Origin: Lingula anatina
Lineage: Eukaryota > Animalia > Brachiopoda
DNA length: 64,000 nucleotides
Direction: 5' to 3'
Assembly: GCA_051362555.1 (NCBI GenBank)
Contig: CM120640.1
Location: forward strand, 47,966,788 to 48,030,787
In this document: in pieces, positions 26,265 to 38,600 of the stretch
Position numbering within the stretch: position 1 is the first letter of the stretch
How the letters are laid out: each line of letters opens with the position of its first letter
The notes under the pieces: generated by a model
Database searches by the model: none
Seen by the model: the letters and a program-made list of their open reading frames with translations, nothing else
Told to the model about the DNA's origin: nothing
Translations under genes and position numbers: made by a program

Positions 26265-26480
26265 AGGGTGCATTCCCATGGTTTTTAGATCAATCTATCC
26301 CCATGGGGAGTCTCACTAGATTACTGTCAGATAATCCGGCCTAAATATCTGTCCCACCTACTACAAGCTGTAAGGGGGTAATTAACTTTCTTGCCCGCTC
26401 AGCTGACAGCTATTTAGCGTGAACCCCCAGTGAGTTAGGTCGATCTAGTTGGAACAATCTAATCTCTGGGAATGGGGTCT
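26265..26480 (+). mobile_element. ~216-bp non-autonomous DNA element inserted in an ACP5-C intron
   Basis: Absent at the paralogous site in copy D (ccatctaaaactgcc, about 32266-32280). Ends AGGGTGCATTCCCA and TGGGAATGGGGTCT; TA/TAA target. Two more copies occur in the window. Confidence 0.88.
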
Positions 26481-28386
26481 TAAACTGCCATTCATGCATT
26501 ATTATTATTAATGTGTGTCCCCATTTATATCTATTAAAAATTGTTATTAAAAAGTGTGACTATTACTCATTGTTTTCAAGCCACTGCCATTGCGTGTTTG
26601 CTGGGGTACATGTAGGTCCCCTAATTTGTCATCCTTGGTGTTTCCACAGAGCTGAATATAGTGTCTAGCAACAAAATGCTCACTGTGGCATTAGAACCAG
26701 GGATAGTAAAATGAATGGGATAGTAATAGTTTGGGAAAATCCTGCAATTAAAATAATAAATTATTATAAATTATATATGTATTTGATAATTGGATATTTG
26801 TACTGAACTTTGTTGCAAGAATACACAAAAGTTTCACCTAAAAAAGACACAAACTTACTAATATGACCTTGTGATCTGTTGAAATTGACCAAATGACATG
26901 TAAAACTTGTACATCTTAAATGTGCTAGTTAAAATAGACAAGATCTTAAATAAATAATATCAAAGCCTACATAAATGACTGTTTTATTAAAGTTAAGCAT
27001 ACATCTTTTGTGTAGCACTCTAACTTACCATCTCTCTCTGACTTTTTGGAATACTCAATCTGTGCTGAAACATTTCACCTATGGTCATGGTTGCCTGCCA
27101 CATGGAACCATGGTGTCTGCAAGGCTTTGTCAGTGTAAACATTTTCAAATGTATCCTAAAAAAGATTTTAACCTTTAGCAAGTGGCCATAAGCAGCCTGG
27201 ATAGGTATTGTTAGAAATTCAAAAGTGTATGTGTGTAACTGTAGTTGCAATTCTTGTGACATTTGATAATTATAAAGTAATTTTGTTTGAGTGATATTCT
27301 AGCCATATATACTCATTTGATGCCAACTTTGGACTCAGGCAATAAGGTCATGCATATGGAGACAATGATAAAACCATGAAGGTGCAAACTGAGATTTAAA
27401 GGCTCCATTCACTTTACAATGGTTTTGTCATTTAAAAAATGTTTTCCTTTATATGACATAAATTTTGAGTCCATATTTACTTAAGCTAGTAACATTGACC
27501 TTCTCTAAAGTATGACAGGTGCAATGTTTGCCAAGTTTGATAAGTAAACTGTTATCTACTAGCTCATATCTAACTTCATAGCAAGTATTCATAAAAATCT
27601 GAAGCAAGAAATAATACAGTATTAGGCTCATGGTATTTTGCTGAGGTTGCAAAACTAGATTTCTTGTGTTATTCAGTAAAATCTACACAATGCATTATGC
27701 ATTGAGAATTATATATATGTATGAATCTAGACTTTAATATAAATACAACTTATATGTAATTAGCTAAAAGAAAAATAGGCCAAAACCAATGCATTGTACA
27801 GTATACATTAGCAAGAAATTCATGCCTTAGCACTCCTTTGGACAGCTGATTCAAAAAATGGTTTTCATTCTACACACTTTGAGGCCTTTGATCAAATGTG
27901 ATAGGACAGCGTATACATACAGCTCAAAATCGTCAATAGGAGTAGTGATACATGAAATTCATGATAAGTATACATGTATGATAAAGTTTATTTGGTTCAA
28001 AAGTGAGTCACTGTGGAAGCGTTTTGTTCCCACATACTTGAATGAAGTCAAAAGTAAAAGATGTGTTGGCACTTCATTAGGTGCGTGTTGAACAACTCAG
28101 GATTCATATCTCAGTAGCCTTTATTTCACATCATCACATCATACATAAGACAAATGGTGAAACTAAAAATAATGAAATAAATGTAATGAATAAAAAATAA
28201 AAATGATAATACTAACAATGGAGTACAATTAATGGTGAATATGAACAAAGTAAACACATAATTTATGATACTATAATGAACAAATAAATAAATAATTAAA
28301 TAACAATAACTTACTCAATTTGCAGCTACATAACTTGGAGATAATCCTGTTGTTGAAATAAAAATAAATAAATAAAATGTATACAT

Positions 28387-28450
28387 ATACGACGGGCTAA
28401 CCCCCATGCGTATCTGTGACAAAATCATACGATGGGCTAACCCCCATGCG
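28387..28450 (+). repeat. Two-copy ~40-bp direct repeat within a ~1-kb segment absent from copy D
   Basis: atacga(c/t)gggctaacccccatgcg occurs twice. Confidence 0.75.
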
Positions 28451-29121
28451 CATCGGCTGCTAAATCACGAGTGAACTACACCCTAGTATGGTCTGCTCAC
28501 TACTCTCAAAATTAATTGACCCTTAACATTGGGTCACTGGAAATAATCTCAAAACTTATACACTACTGTTCTCTAAATGAAACAAACAATGATAAATACT
28601 GATAAATATCGTAATTACAACAACAACAAATAATAATAATAACAGTTATTATTTAAATACACTTGTTTTACTTTTCAATTTATTTTGCCGCATGGGTCGG
28701 CAACAGTGCGTGTGAGAGTTTCCGTCCAGAGTTTCTCAGGCGAAAGTGAAAAAGATACAGGTGAAAGATTCTTATTTTTTAATTTGTTATAAATTTGATA
28801 AATTTGCTCATGTCCTCCACCAGTTATCAAGCAATGTCGGTGTCAATGAAGAACTCAACTGCAGTCTTCAGTTCCAAATCAAAAGGTGTCTTTATTCAAT
28901 TTCAATGAGATATTTATAACAAATTGCCAGTCAAAATAACAATCTTTCTCATTTTTTTTTTCTTTTTTTTATCGTCCACGCACTAGTACCTTGCATCTGG
29001 TATCATCCACATCTTTAACACCATCAAAGTAAAAGTTATCACCCAGTGCTAGTGTAAACTTGATTTGGTACTTGGCTGCCATGGCATGAGCTACAGGGAA
29101 TGTACGCACAGACAGAAAACT

Positions 29122-29232
29122 GTAGTGGCTGGCTGGGTTTGGCCTGGGCTCGGTAGCTCAGTTGGGAGAGCCGTCACACAGTTTGTGAGGGTCCCGGTTT
29201 CTAATCTCGGTCAAACAAGGTGTTATCTCCCC
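29122..29232 (+). mobile_element. tRNA-derived repeat (SINE-like or pseudo-tRNA), copy 1
   Basis: A-box TAGCTCAGTTGG and a degenerate B-box (ggtttctaatc). Shares the gtagtggctggc leader and tgtt(a/t)tctccc tail with copy 2. No intact cloverleaf. Confidence 0.65.
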
Positions 29233-29542
29233 CAAAATTGCCACAAATGTGGCAGGGCTGTTGGACTCATGTCTTTTGGCACTTGTGGGAGAAATGTACC
29301 CCTGCGAAAATTTGTCTCATTTAACGTTCACTTACGGTTTTCAATCTATTCTAGAAAATTTGGTGTATTTCTTCACAGTACTAATGTTGTTCTGTAATGA
29401 AAGTAACATTTTGAGAAATGTTTTTGGGAAGTCCTTCAGAATGTCCTAGAATAGATAAAGGACATTTTTCATTAAAAAAAAAAAAAAAAAACATTGTTTG
29501 ATTGAGAACCCTAAGTGAGTGTTAAATAAGATTTCCGCAGGG

Positions 29543-29650
29543 GTAGTGGCTGGCCTGGATTGGCCTGGTAGCTCAGTTGGGAGATCAGTTGCATGGTTTG
29601 CAAGAGTCCCGGGTTCAAATCCCAGTCGAATCCCAGGTGTTTTCTCCCCT
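29543..29650 (+). mobile_element. tRNA-derived repeat (SINE-like or pseudo-tRNA), copy 2
   Basis: A-box TAGCTCAGTTGG and B-box GGTTCAAATCC; the acceptor stem is poorly paired. Confidence 0.65.
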
Positions 29651-29865
29651 CCCTCCCCTCCAAATCACTACAAAACTATGAATTGTGGGAGTGTTACTAA
29701 TGAGGCCACTGGTAGTATTAGTAGATATCAGTCTGTAGTCTTAATTAAACGAGCACTTCACTGACAAATGAACAGTTGGCAAAAACAAAAGGCCCAGGTG
29801 GGGTAGATTGACTGCTGTTCATGCATGCTGCAAAGGCAAAGCCCCTATTGCCCCTGAAATATTGA

Positions 29866-30338
29866 AGCTCTTTTGTACTATTAATGATATGAAAGAAACG
29901 ATTACTTGTTGTTTATGAGATTTTCCTCAAGCCAATTCCATTAGGCATTTGCTACTTTAATATCTGCTGGCCCTTGAGGTTGGTCCCCTGCAAAGTCATG
30001 CTTGGTGTTTCCACAGAGCTGAATAGTGTCCAGTATCAAGATGCTCACTGTGGCTTGGGAGCCAGGGATAATAAATTGAAGGGGATAGTAAAAGTGTGGG
30101 AAAATTGGCACAATCAAATGCCTGCCTAAAAGTGATAATTTGAAAATCTACATGTGTTACTTTGATCAAATCATTGCATGTTTTGACTGAAACTGTTCAA
30201 GTATAGAAGGAACATACATTTACAACCAAGTAAAAGCAAGTTCAAGATGTTAAAGATGTAACTCAAAATAATTTGTAAAATAATTAATATAAATATAAAA
30301 AAATATTATTAAAATATACTTTTATTATATTTTAAGAC
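29866..30338 (-). pseudogene. ACP5 fragment B' (exon 4 of a copy-B duplicate with flanking intron)
   Basis: Aligns to B 19995-20348 joined directly to B 22671-22810. It carries a CAA to TAA nonsense change, and its acceptor was removed by a deletion between aaatt microhomologies. Confidence 0.9.
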
Positions 30339-31190
30339 AGAGGACGGCAGCCATTTTTAACCACCGGACAATGCTATCCAGCCTTGATGAAACTGGGCCC
30401 TGGTGTTGTGAAGTGATATGCCGATTGTACTTGTAGATTGATTTCATGCTTTAAAAATAATTTCTCAGTCAATGAGAAAGATATTTCAGTGGAAAAACTG
30501 ATATTACTTACAATCCAGAGAGAGAGAGAGACCACCATCCACCATACTTAATTTCAAGTATTTGCACATTTTTATGATTTTTTTAAACACCAATACTTAA
30601 TTTATGTAAATAAGCAAAGCAGATAAAAGAAGTTGCAAAAATCATATTTTATTTTCACCACTATATTTGTTATTTCTTAATGGGACATCACAGAAAAAAA
30701 TATTCAAAACACTTTTAGTAATAGGCACATTAATATTATTGATGCTTATGAGTAATTCAGCAATTAAATCTCCTTATAAAATTAATCGAATAATACAATC
30801 ATTATGTATAGAAATAAAAATAGGCTGACTAGTTCTTATCATATGAAAATAAACATATTTAATGTATTGGTGCTGATATTTTGAACTTAAAATTTTCATT
30901 TATGTTAATAAACATTTTTTACAGTATGTATGTCAAGAGAAACTGTAACAAAGTCCAGTTAGGATAAGGATTGCTGACAATTAACTAGCTGTTAATCTCA
31001 AGTGGCATTCGATGTAGGGGAAGGATATCACAATAGACTGATTGTAAACTTGCTTCTTAAAAGCAAGGAGATATGTTTTAAGGATACTGTTCTATATTGG
31101 CACTCATCAGTAAATTTTTTAAAGGATTTTATAAAAGGATACAATAATATTTGGAATACAATAATATTTGCAATGGATTTCCTTGTAAGT

Positions 31191-34100
31191 TTACTTTCTT
31201 GGTTTCATGGAGTGACTGTATAAGTATGTACCATCCCCTTGAATAAATGAGAGGGTCATGGTTTGAGGGGTTGCTTCAATGTATGCAAATCCTCCAGGTT
31301 TCAATATATTAGCCCAGTGGTATTTCAGAGAGCCACTGGGAACTTTGCTGACATGCGCCGTGGAGGGATCCACAAAGTTACCTGATCCAATGACAAAATA
31401 ATCCACAGACACATTTGACTGGTTGACCTGTAGATGCTGAAATGGACATTTATATAAATATCTGTAATTGAAAATTAAGAAGAAAATGTAACTATGTAAA
31501 CATTACATAAGAGTGCTATTCACATATAAAAAAGAATGGAAATTGGTTTGACAAAGTAGTTCACACAATGGACACTCTAACCACACAACTAATAGTGGCA
31601 AACTTAATCAAACTGAAATCATTCTTTTCTCCCCATCATGTGAGAGGTGTTAAAAAAAAGGCTAATCCAACACTGATACATATAACATGACAAGGAAGTG
31701 CAAAAAGGAAACTACTTCAAATTTTATCTAGAAGTGGTATAACAATGTCTAGTTTTGGGATGTTGCCACAATGGAACTGAATACTATTCCCCAGGGTAGT
31801 GACTGAGCCCCGGCAAAACAGGCACAGAAGACTTGGCACATACTAGGGTACTTGATAGATTGAATCATCAGCAGTCACATCAGCTCAATTTGTTTTCTAG
31901 GCAGACATTGTCGTTCCAGTAAAAGACAATTTACCAATCTCAAATGGCTTCAAATGATAAAAACCGAAAACATTGTTCATAAAGTTTCCACCTGAGGAAG
32001 TGTTAATTGTTTAAATCCATACCTGTAGATTATGATCATGCCCAGAAAAGAAAGAGGTCACTTTGTACTTGTACAACATTGGCATCAAGGTCTCTACTAG
32101 ACATGATGTTGGACCATGTTCAGCAATAGATATCACAGGGTAATGCCCAGCAACTATGATGAAACTGGCACTACAAAAAATAAAACAAGCAATTATTAAA
32201 TACATTTTTGTAATCTCTCTCTTTCTTATATTCAAAACAAACTGAAGGCCAATTGCTGAAACTTTCCATCTAAAACTGCCATTTATGTATTTTTGATATT
32301 TATGCATGTTCCCATAAAATGCTGCACCATTAAAAAATTCTTATAAAAAATGTGATTATTACTTATTGTTTTCAAGGCTGCTTTCAAGCCACTGCCACTG
32401 TGTGTTGGCCTTCTCTATATCTTTTGGCCCCTGGGGTTGGTCCCCTAATTTGTCATGTATGGTGTTTCCACAGAGCTGAATAGTGTCCAGCATCAAAATG
32501 CTCACTGTGGCATTAGAACCAGGGATAGTAAAATGAAGGGGATAGTAATAGTTTGGGAAATTCCTGCAATTAAATGATAAATTATTATAAATTATAAATG
32601 TATTTGATAACTGGACATTTGCACTAAACTGTTGCAAGTATACATAAAAATGTCATGTAAAAAAGACACAAAGCCTGCATAAATGACCGTTTTATTAAGG
32701 TTAAGCATTCATCTTTTATGCAGCACTCTCACTTACCATCTCTTTGACTTATTGGAATACTCAATCTGTGCTGAAACATTTCCCCTATGGTCATGGTTGC
32801 CTGCCACAAGGAACCATGGTGTCTGCAAGGCTTTGTCAGTGTAAACATTTTCAAATGTATCCTAAATAAAGATTTTAACCTTTAGCAAGTGGCCATAAGT
32901 GGACAGGTATTGTTAGAAATTCAAATGTGTATGTGTGTAACCGTAGTTGCAATTCTTGTGACATTTGATAAAGTAATTTTGTATGAACAATATTTTAGCC
33001 ATATATGCTCATGTGATGCCAAGTTTGGACTCAGACAATAAGGCCATGCCCAAGGAGACAATGATAAAACCATGCTAACAAAGGTGCAAACTGAGATTTA
33101 AAGGCTCCATTCACTTTACAATGGTTTTGTCATTAAAAAAAAAAGTTTTCCTTTATATGATATAAATTTTGAGTCCATATTTTCTTAAGCTATGAATATT
33201 GCCCTTCTCTAAAGTATGACAGGTGCAATGTTTGCCAAGTTTGATAAGTAAACTGTAATCTACTCATATCTAACTTCATGGCAAATATTCATAAAAATCT
33301 AAAGCAACAAATATATACAGTGCTTGGCTGTTGGTATTTTGCTGAGGTTGCAAAACTAGGTTTTTGTTGCTTTACTTAGTACAATTTACATGCTGCTTTA
33401 TGCCTTTAAAATTATATATGCACATATGTATGAATCTAGACTTAGATATTTATATATAAATAGAACTTAAATGTAAGTGGCTAAAAGAAAATAGGCCATA
33501 ACCAATGCATTGTACAGAATACATTAGCTCAAAATTCATGCCTTAGCACTTTAATTTCATTTAATTTGATCTCAAAAACAGGCCTACCCAACTACCAGAC
33601 TTGGCACCGAATGATCCTGAATTCACCGGTAGATCAGACCACACTACCCGTTTTCAAGGTGTGTGTCAGATCGCATTACACAGTATCATACCTTGAACAA
33701 ATTTTGAGTGGTGATGCAATACTTTTCAACCCCGCTGAGAATCGTTACTATCACATCACGTACTAGGCAAGAGCGGTGTCGCGTCTGATACTGTGAAATG
33801 CGTACTAACACACATCTCGAAATCGGGTAGTGTGGTCCGATTTACCGGTGAATTCTGGATCATTCGCTGCCGAGTCTGGTAGTTGGGTAGGCCTGAAAAA
33901 CAAATTCTTAATTTATCTATTGTATTACTTTTACTCTGTATATTATCAAACTTGTCCCAAATGGAAAATGATTTCCGATTTTTAAAATTGGCTTAATAAA
34001 GTCTTATCTTATCTTATCTCATCTTATCCTATAGGTAATTTTGATATGTATACTATGCTAATGCATGAAACCAAAGGCCTCAAAAAGTGTAAATCAAAAA

Positions 34101-35372
34101 CCAGTTTACATGGGAGCTCTCAAATTTTTATCTTACATCTCTCTCATCTTTTTAACTCATGCACTCCTGTAAAGCCAACCAGTTTTGCTATTGACAGAGC
34201 CATGAGTAAAATAAGATTCATCTGCTTGATTACTAACAGTTAAGCCACTGTTAAGCACCCAGAAAAAATAAAACCAGACTTCTTCAAATAATGATAATGA
34301 TGTAATATTTTTCCTGCCAGAAAACAACCTACTGTACTATTACTAATGTAAAGAATAGTAGTTGCATAAACACTGTGATTATTTGTGTTTGTTTTCTGGT
34401 GGGGAAAGATTTCAAACAGATTTCTTGCAGAGGAATCTGATTGTTTGTTGCGGTCGGCCATTCTCTCCTCGAGAGCTTATAAATGATTTGACAGAAACCT
34501 TACTGGTAGACAGGCAGACGAATCTTGCTCTGTCAATGGGAAAACTGGTTGGCTTTCCAGGAATGTGCAAGTTGAGGAGATGACAGGAAAGATAAAGATT
34601 TGAAAACTCCTGCACCACGGCTGGTGCAGAAACCAGTTTTCATTTTACACTTTCTGAGTCCTTATTTTAATTGAGTTAGTACAGTGTACATACAGCTCAA
34701 AATCGTCAATACTGGAGTGCTAACGCATGAAATTCATGCTAAGTATACAATAACAGTACTTATATACATGTATGTGCTAGTACCTTGAATCTGGTATCAT
34801 CCACATCTTTAACACCATCAAAGTAAAAGTTATCACCCAGTGCTAGGGTAAACTTGGTTTGGTACTTGGCTGCTGTCTTCCCCATGGCATGAGCTACAGA
34901 AGTCTCTATATGTGTGGTGTATGGCTTGGAGGGGAGACCTCCCCAGTCACCCACAGCCAAAAATCTTAAGCTACTATCTGATGCCCATCCAACTGAATTA
35001 AAACATAAGCAAAATTTAAATAAATGATTTAACTGATTTGGTGACAAAATGGCAAACAAAATGAGAAAGGATTGATGGATATCAACTTAATCAAGACTAT
35101 TTAAATTATAAAAAAAATATTTATTTAGTTTATATTCTTGAATTTAAAGCTGTCTATTAAAGAAATCATCACGTTGACAGGATTTAGATTTCAATTCGCT
35201 CAGTTTAGATTTAAAAAGGGATCGAATTCCAGCACGCGTTGCTTAAGTCCCCCCCCCCCCCCTTCCAGTATTATAATTCCGTTCTATCTTTGGATTTGAA
35301 TCAATCCGCCAGAATCACGTCCTTACCTGCAAACACGCAGTTTAACACAAACACCACACATTTGAAAAACAT
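31191..35372 (-). CDS. ACP5: ACP5-like purple acid phosphatase, copy D; exons 35372-35327, 34992-34784, 32861-32737, 32563-32363, 32170-32023, 31436-31191
   Basis: Signal peptide [15 protein letters not shown]; motifs GDWG, GDNFY, GNHD, AGHYP, GHDH and GSGNFVDPS; intact frame and splice sites. Confidence 0.95.
33579..33895. mobile_element. 317-bp long-TIR (foldback) MITE in ACP5-D intron 2
   Basis: CAGGCCTACCCAACTACCAGACT...AGTCTGGTAGTTGGGTAGGCCTG with about 110 bp of imperfect inverted homology, flanked by AAAAA on both sides (possible 5-bp TSD). Confidence 0.88.
34075..34665. mobile_element. Older palindromic MITE-like element in ACP5-D intron 2
   Basis: Inverted homology aaagccaaccagttttgctattgacagagc / gctctgtcaatgggaaaactggttggcttt, and aaaagtgtaaatcaaaaac / gttttcattttacactttc. 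Confidence 0.65.
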
Positions 35373-35647
35373 TTTCTTCCGATTGAGGAAATGAATCAAG
35401 CTGCTACTCAGCAAACATCCACCCTAAAACTTAATAAGTTACTTAATCACTTGAAGTTGAAAACTGGCTCTTATTCCACTTAGATAAAACTGGGTCAGCT
35501 CAGGTAAACTTGTAATCACCACCATTTTGACGCCTACGTCACTAGTCATGTGACAATGACGAATAAATACTTCCTGGAACTGGAGGCAGGTCAGAATTTC
35601 TGAACTAAATAAAGCAACAGCAACAAGCAGGAAGCACTAAACTAAAG
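35373..35647. promoter_or_regulatory. Compact divergent promoter of ACP5-D and the cytokine-receptor gene, including the receptor's putative non-coding exon 1 (donor AAAG|gtatgt at 35647)
   Basis: M-box-like AGTCATGTGAC (35544-35554), GAS TTCCTGGAA (35571-35579), inverted CRE half-sites TGACG...CGTCA (35528-35541), and ETS cores GAGGAAAT (about 35385) and CAGGAAG (about 35629). Confidence 0.6.
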
Positions 35648-38600
35648 GTATGTTATAAAACACAATAGTTGTTTTACTTTATCTTTATTTTTAAACTTTA
35701 AAAAAGTAGTCATTCTTTTGTGAGCTTAATGTATCAGATATGTTATAATTTGGTGGTTAGGTACGGTTATAACTAAGGAAGACACTGTGAGAAACTTTTG
35801 CTACACTTTGAAATGCATCGTGTCAGTGAGTGGGTGTTGTGTGGGTAGGATCGATCGATTCAGTTTTTGTTAAATATATTTAGGTAGTATTTTTTATTTA
35901 TTAAAGTTCATGGTTGGCGTTCTAATCCAACAGCATATACTTCGTCAGCAATATTCCATAATATTGACCTATTTCAACTTAAGCTGTTATTAACGTGGAT
36001 ACTATTACTTTGATGGGATGGTTTCAAATCAGTAGAGAGGAGAGTGAGACCTGTCAGAAAGTGGTATCTTATCATTATTTGTAGAAAAAATTGCATAGTA
36101 TGATTAGATATCAGTTGAATAAGTTGGATGTAATGTTGGAAAGTTGTGAAAAAAGTTTTGGATTGAAAGGGTATTTGAAATGTATATATGAACCAGTAGA
36201 TTCTATGGTATTTGAATTGTTGAGCAACTTTTGTTTTTTTATATTAATAGAGACTGGCATATGTTAATATTAAGACACACTTTTTTCATAAGTATCGAAA
36301 AAATTGTCCAAAAGTTAAAGACAACTTCATTAAGTTTGGCTAGTTAAGTTTTACCCATCTAGTAATATTGAAAAAAAAAAAAATAGTCTGTCTTCCATAA
36401 AAATAAATAATTATTTGAAACAGAATTAAATGGCATCTTTTTGTTGTATTTTACAAAGTATTAAGGCTTTGAAGTCAGTATAGCACAGTCAGCTCAGATC
36501 CTTTGGAATGACACTGGCAGACAAACATGAAGACACTGAATCTGTGTGCTTAAAGTATTTTCAGTTATTTAAAAATTACAAATTAGTCATTCAAACTGAA
36601 AATTTTGAAAAAAAGTACCTTTCTGAATAATGTGTAAACACAAGTTTTGCGGATACTGGTACGAAATGCATACTTGTTTGTGGATATTAATTAAAAGAAA
36701 ACCAAACTTAAACTAATCCTTAAAACCAGGGAATATGGCAAAAATTTGGTGTAATAATTATTTAACAAATATGTAACTAAAGTTTTAGCTGATGATAGCA
36801 ATTGAGTTAATTTAGTTCATCAAAAATTTCTTGCACATTCTCATAGAGGCTTTTAAACTACGTATAATCTAACAAAAGATAGGAACATAATGCCAGAATT
36901 TTGTCTTTGATTGGTTTCTTTTAACAATGGTTTTGTCCTATTTTTGATGCATATTTGACAATGCCACTGATGAATTATACAAAAGGTTTGAAATTTTTTT
37001 ATATATTCTTTGGCTTAAGCAAATGCTTATTTTCATTTTGAAACATTTCATTATCTTGGAACTAAGTACAACTGCTTTTGTTTGAACTGATCTCTCAGCA
37101 AATGTAATACAATTATGTGGAAGTTTGAATAAGATGATATTATGCAATCCTTTTCATTCCTATTTCTTTAAATTAAAAAGCATAGTTATTGTACATTTCA
37201 TTGAATTTGTTGAGTACTTTTTCTTAAGTACACCATATGAAATATAATTTTATACTATTGAAGATTGATGCTCGAGTTAAAGCTGATTTACCAAAGACTA
37301 TTAGAAAACAAAAGCCTCTCTTAAGCTTCAAAGTTTTAAAAGATGAAAGAAAGAAAACATTTTTTCTTTTGTAACAAGTAATTTATTTTTGCAGGCTTTT
37401 CTCATTTGATTTGGCAATAATTAGACTTGCCCACCCAGTGACATTCTGTTCAATTGCATGAATAATCAACTTCTGAATTTCAGTATTTTTGTTTATGCCA
37501 TAAGATCAAATTTTGCAATAGTAAGGCCCTGATTCAAGTAGGGGTTTTATATTGTTTGAAGTACCAAACATTTTTGCTTTTTTATTTACTCTTATAATGG
37601 AAAATGGATTATATTTTATGAGATTGTACAATTTTCACTATAAATAACTGTAACAAATGATTCTTATGTTGTAGCACTGTACTGCTTAAGAATGACATTT
37701 TTATGCAAGAGAAATTAAAAAATGACAATATGACTAAAAGGTTGAATTAACCAAACAGGTTCCAAGTTCTTACAAATATTCTATGGAAAAGTGCTTAATC
37801 TGCCTTTTGTCTATGCAGTAGATGGACATAATTAGTTTCATATTTTCCATTGCATCCTTTAGCCAAGTCTAATTTCAAATACTCTTAGTGTTACACCAGG
37901 TCAAAAGATTTATTTAAATCAATAAAAGCTGTCAAGAAGAAGTATTCTTTATTCAAAAATTGAATAGCACTCAGCATTTTACATAACACTGTGAGCCCAT
38001 AAACAACATTTTATAGTTCTTATGTCAATACCAGTTACAGGGCCGGAAACATTTTTGTGAGTGCATTCACATGTATAGATGGATAATAAATCAAATGAAT
38101 TATGAAATACAGTGAAGGGCTCGATATTTACTCTACTGCACAGTCACAGTTTCCCCATATTGAATTGTCCAATCACTAAATGCCAGATCTGACCTTCAAG
38201 AGACAAATTGAAGACTTTTCGGAGAATGTTTGGACATTAAGCTGATTATAGGCTTGTTTGGTTTTATTAAATTGGGTGGGGACTAACATTCCTGGAAATC
38301 ATGAAACACACAGATAGATTAGTATATATAAGTAAATGATTTAACTGAGAAAGCACATAGCAGAATTTTTTAAGATATGAAAGTTGTGATTTAAAAAAAA
38401 ATGGATTTGTTCCCAGGGCTAACTTATCTCCTAGTTTCAGAGGAGAAGCATGTCAAAGACTTGATACATCTGTTTACAGTCTGTCTCAGAATAAATAAGC
38501 TGGATAGAATAAGGCATCGGTCAGCTCATGTTTCTGTTTATCTGTTTTGCTGTATTTGAATATTGGAAGTTTGTAATAAGCTGACTTGTGTCAACCTTTT

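Larger units (their letters stand above)
25204..29096 (-). pseudogene. ACP5 pseudogene (copy C), a duplicate of copy D
   Basis: Exons and introns align to copy D. The last-exon acceptor is mutated (cag to cat, near 25450). Exon 4 (about 26567-26741) has indels and frameshifts. Exon 3 has GGA to TGA after GNHDHR. Exon 2 (28990-29096) has an internal deletion and is 5'-truncated. Exon 1 was not found. Confidence 0.9.

Noticed and set aside
29543-29650. Functional tRNA gene
   Set aside because: A and B boxes are present but the stems are poorly paired, and the flanks are shared with a second decayed copy, as in a tRNA-derived repeat.
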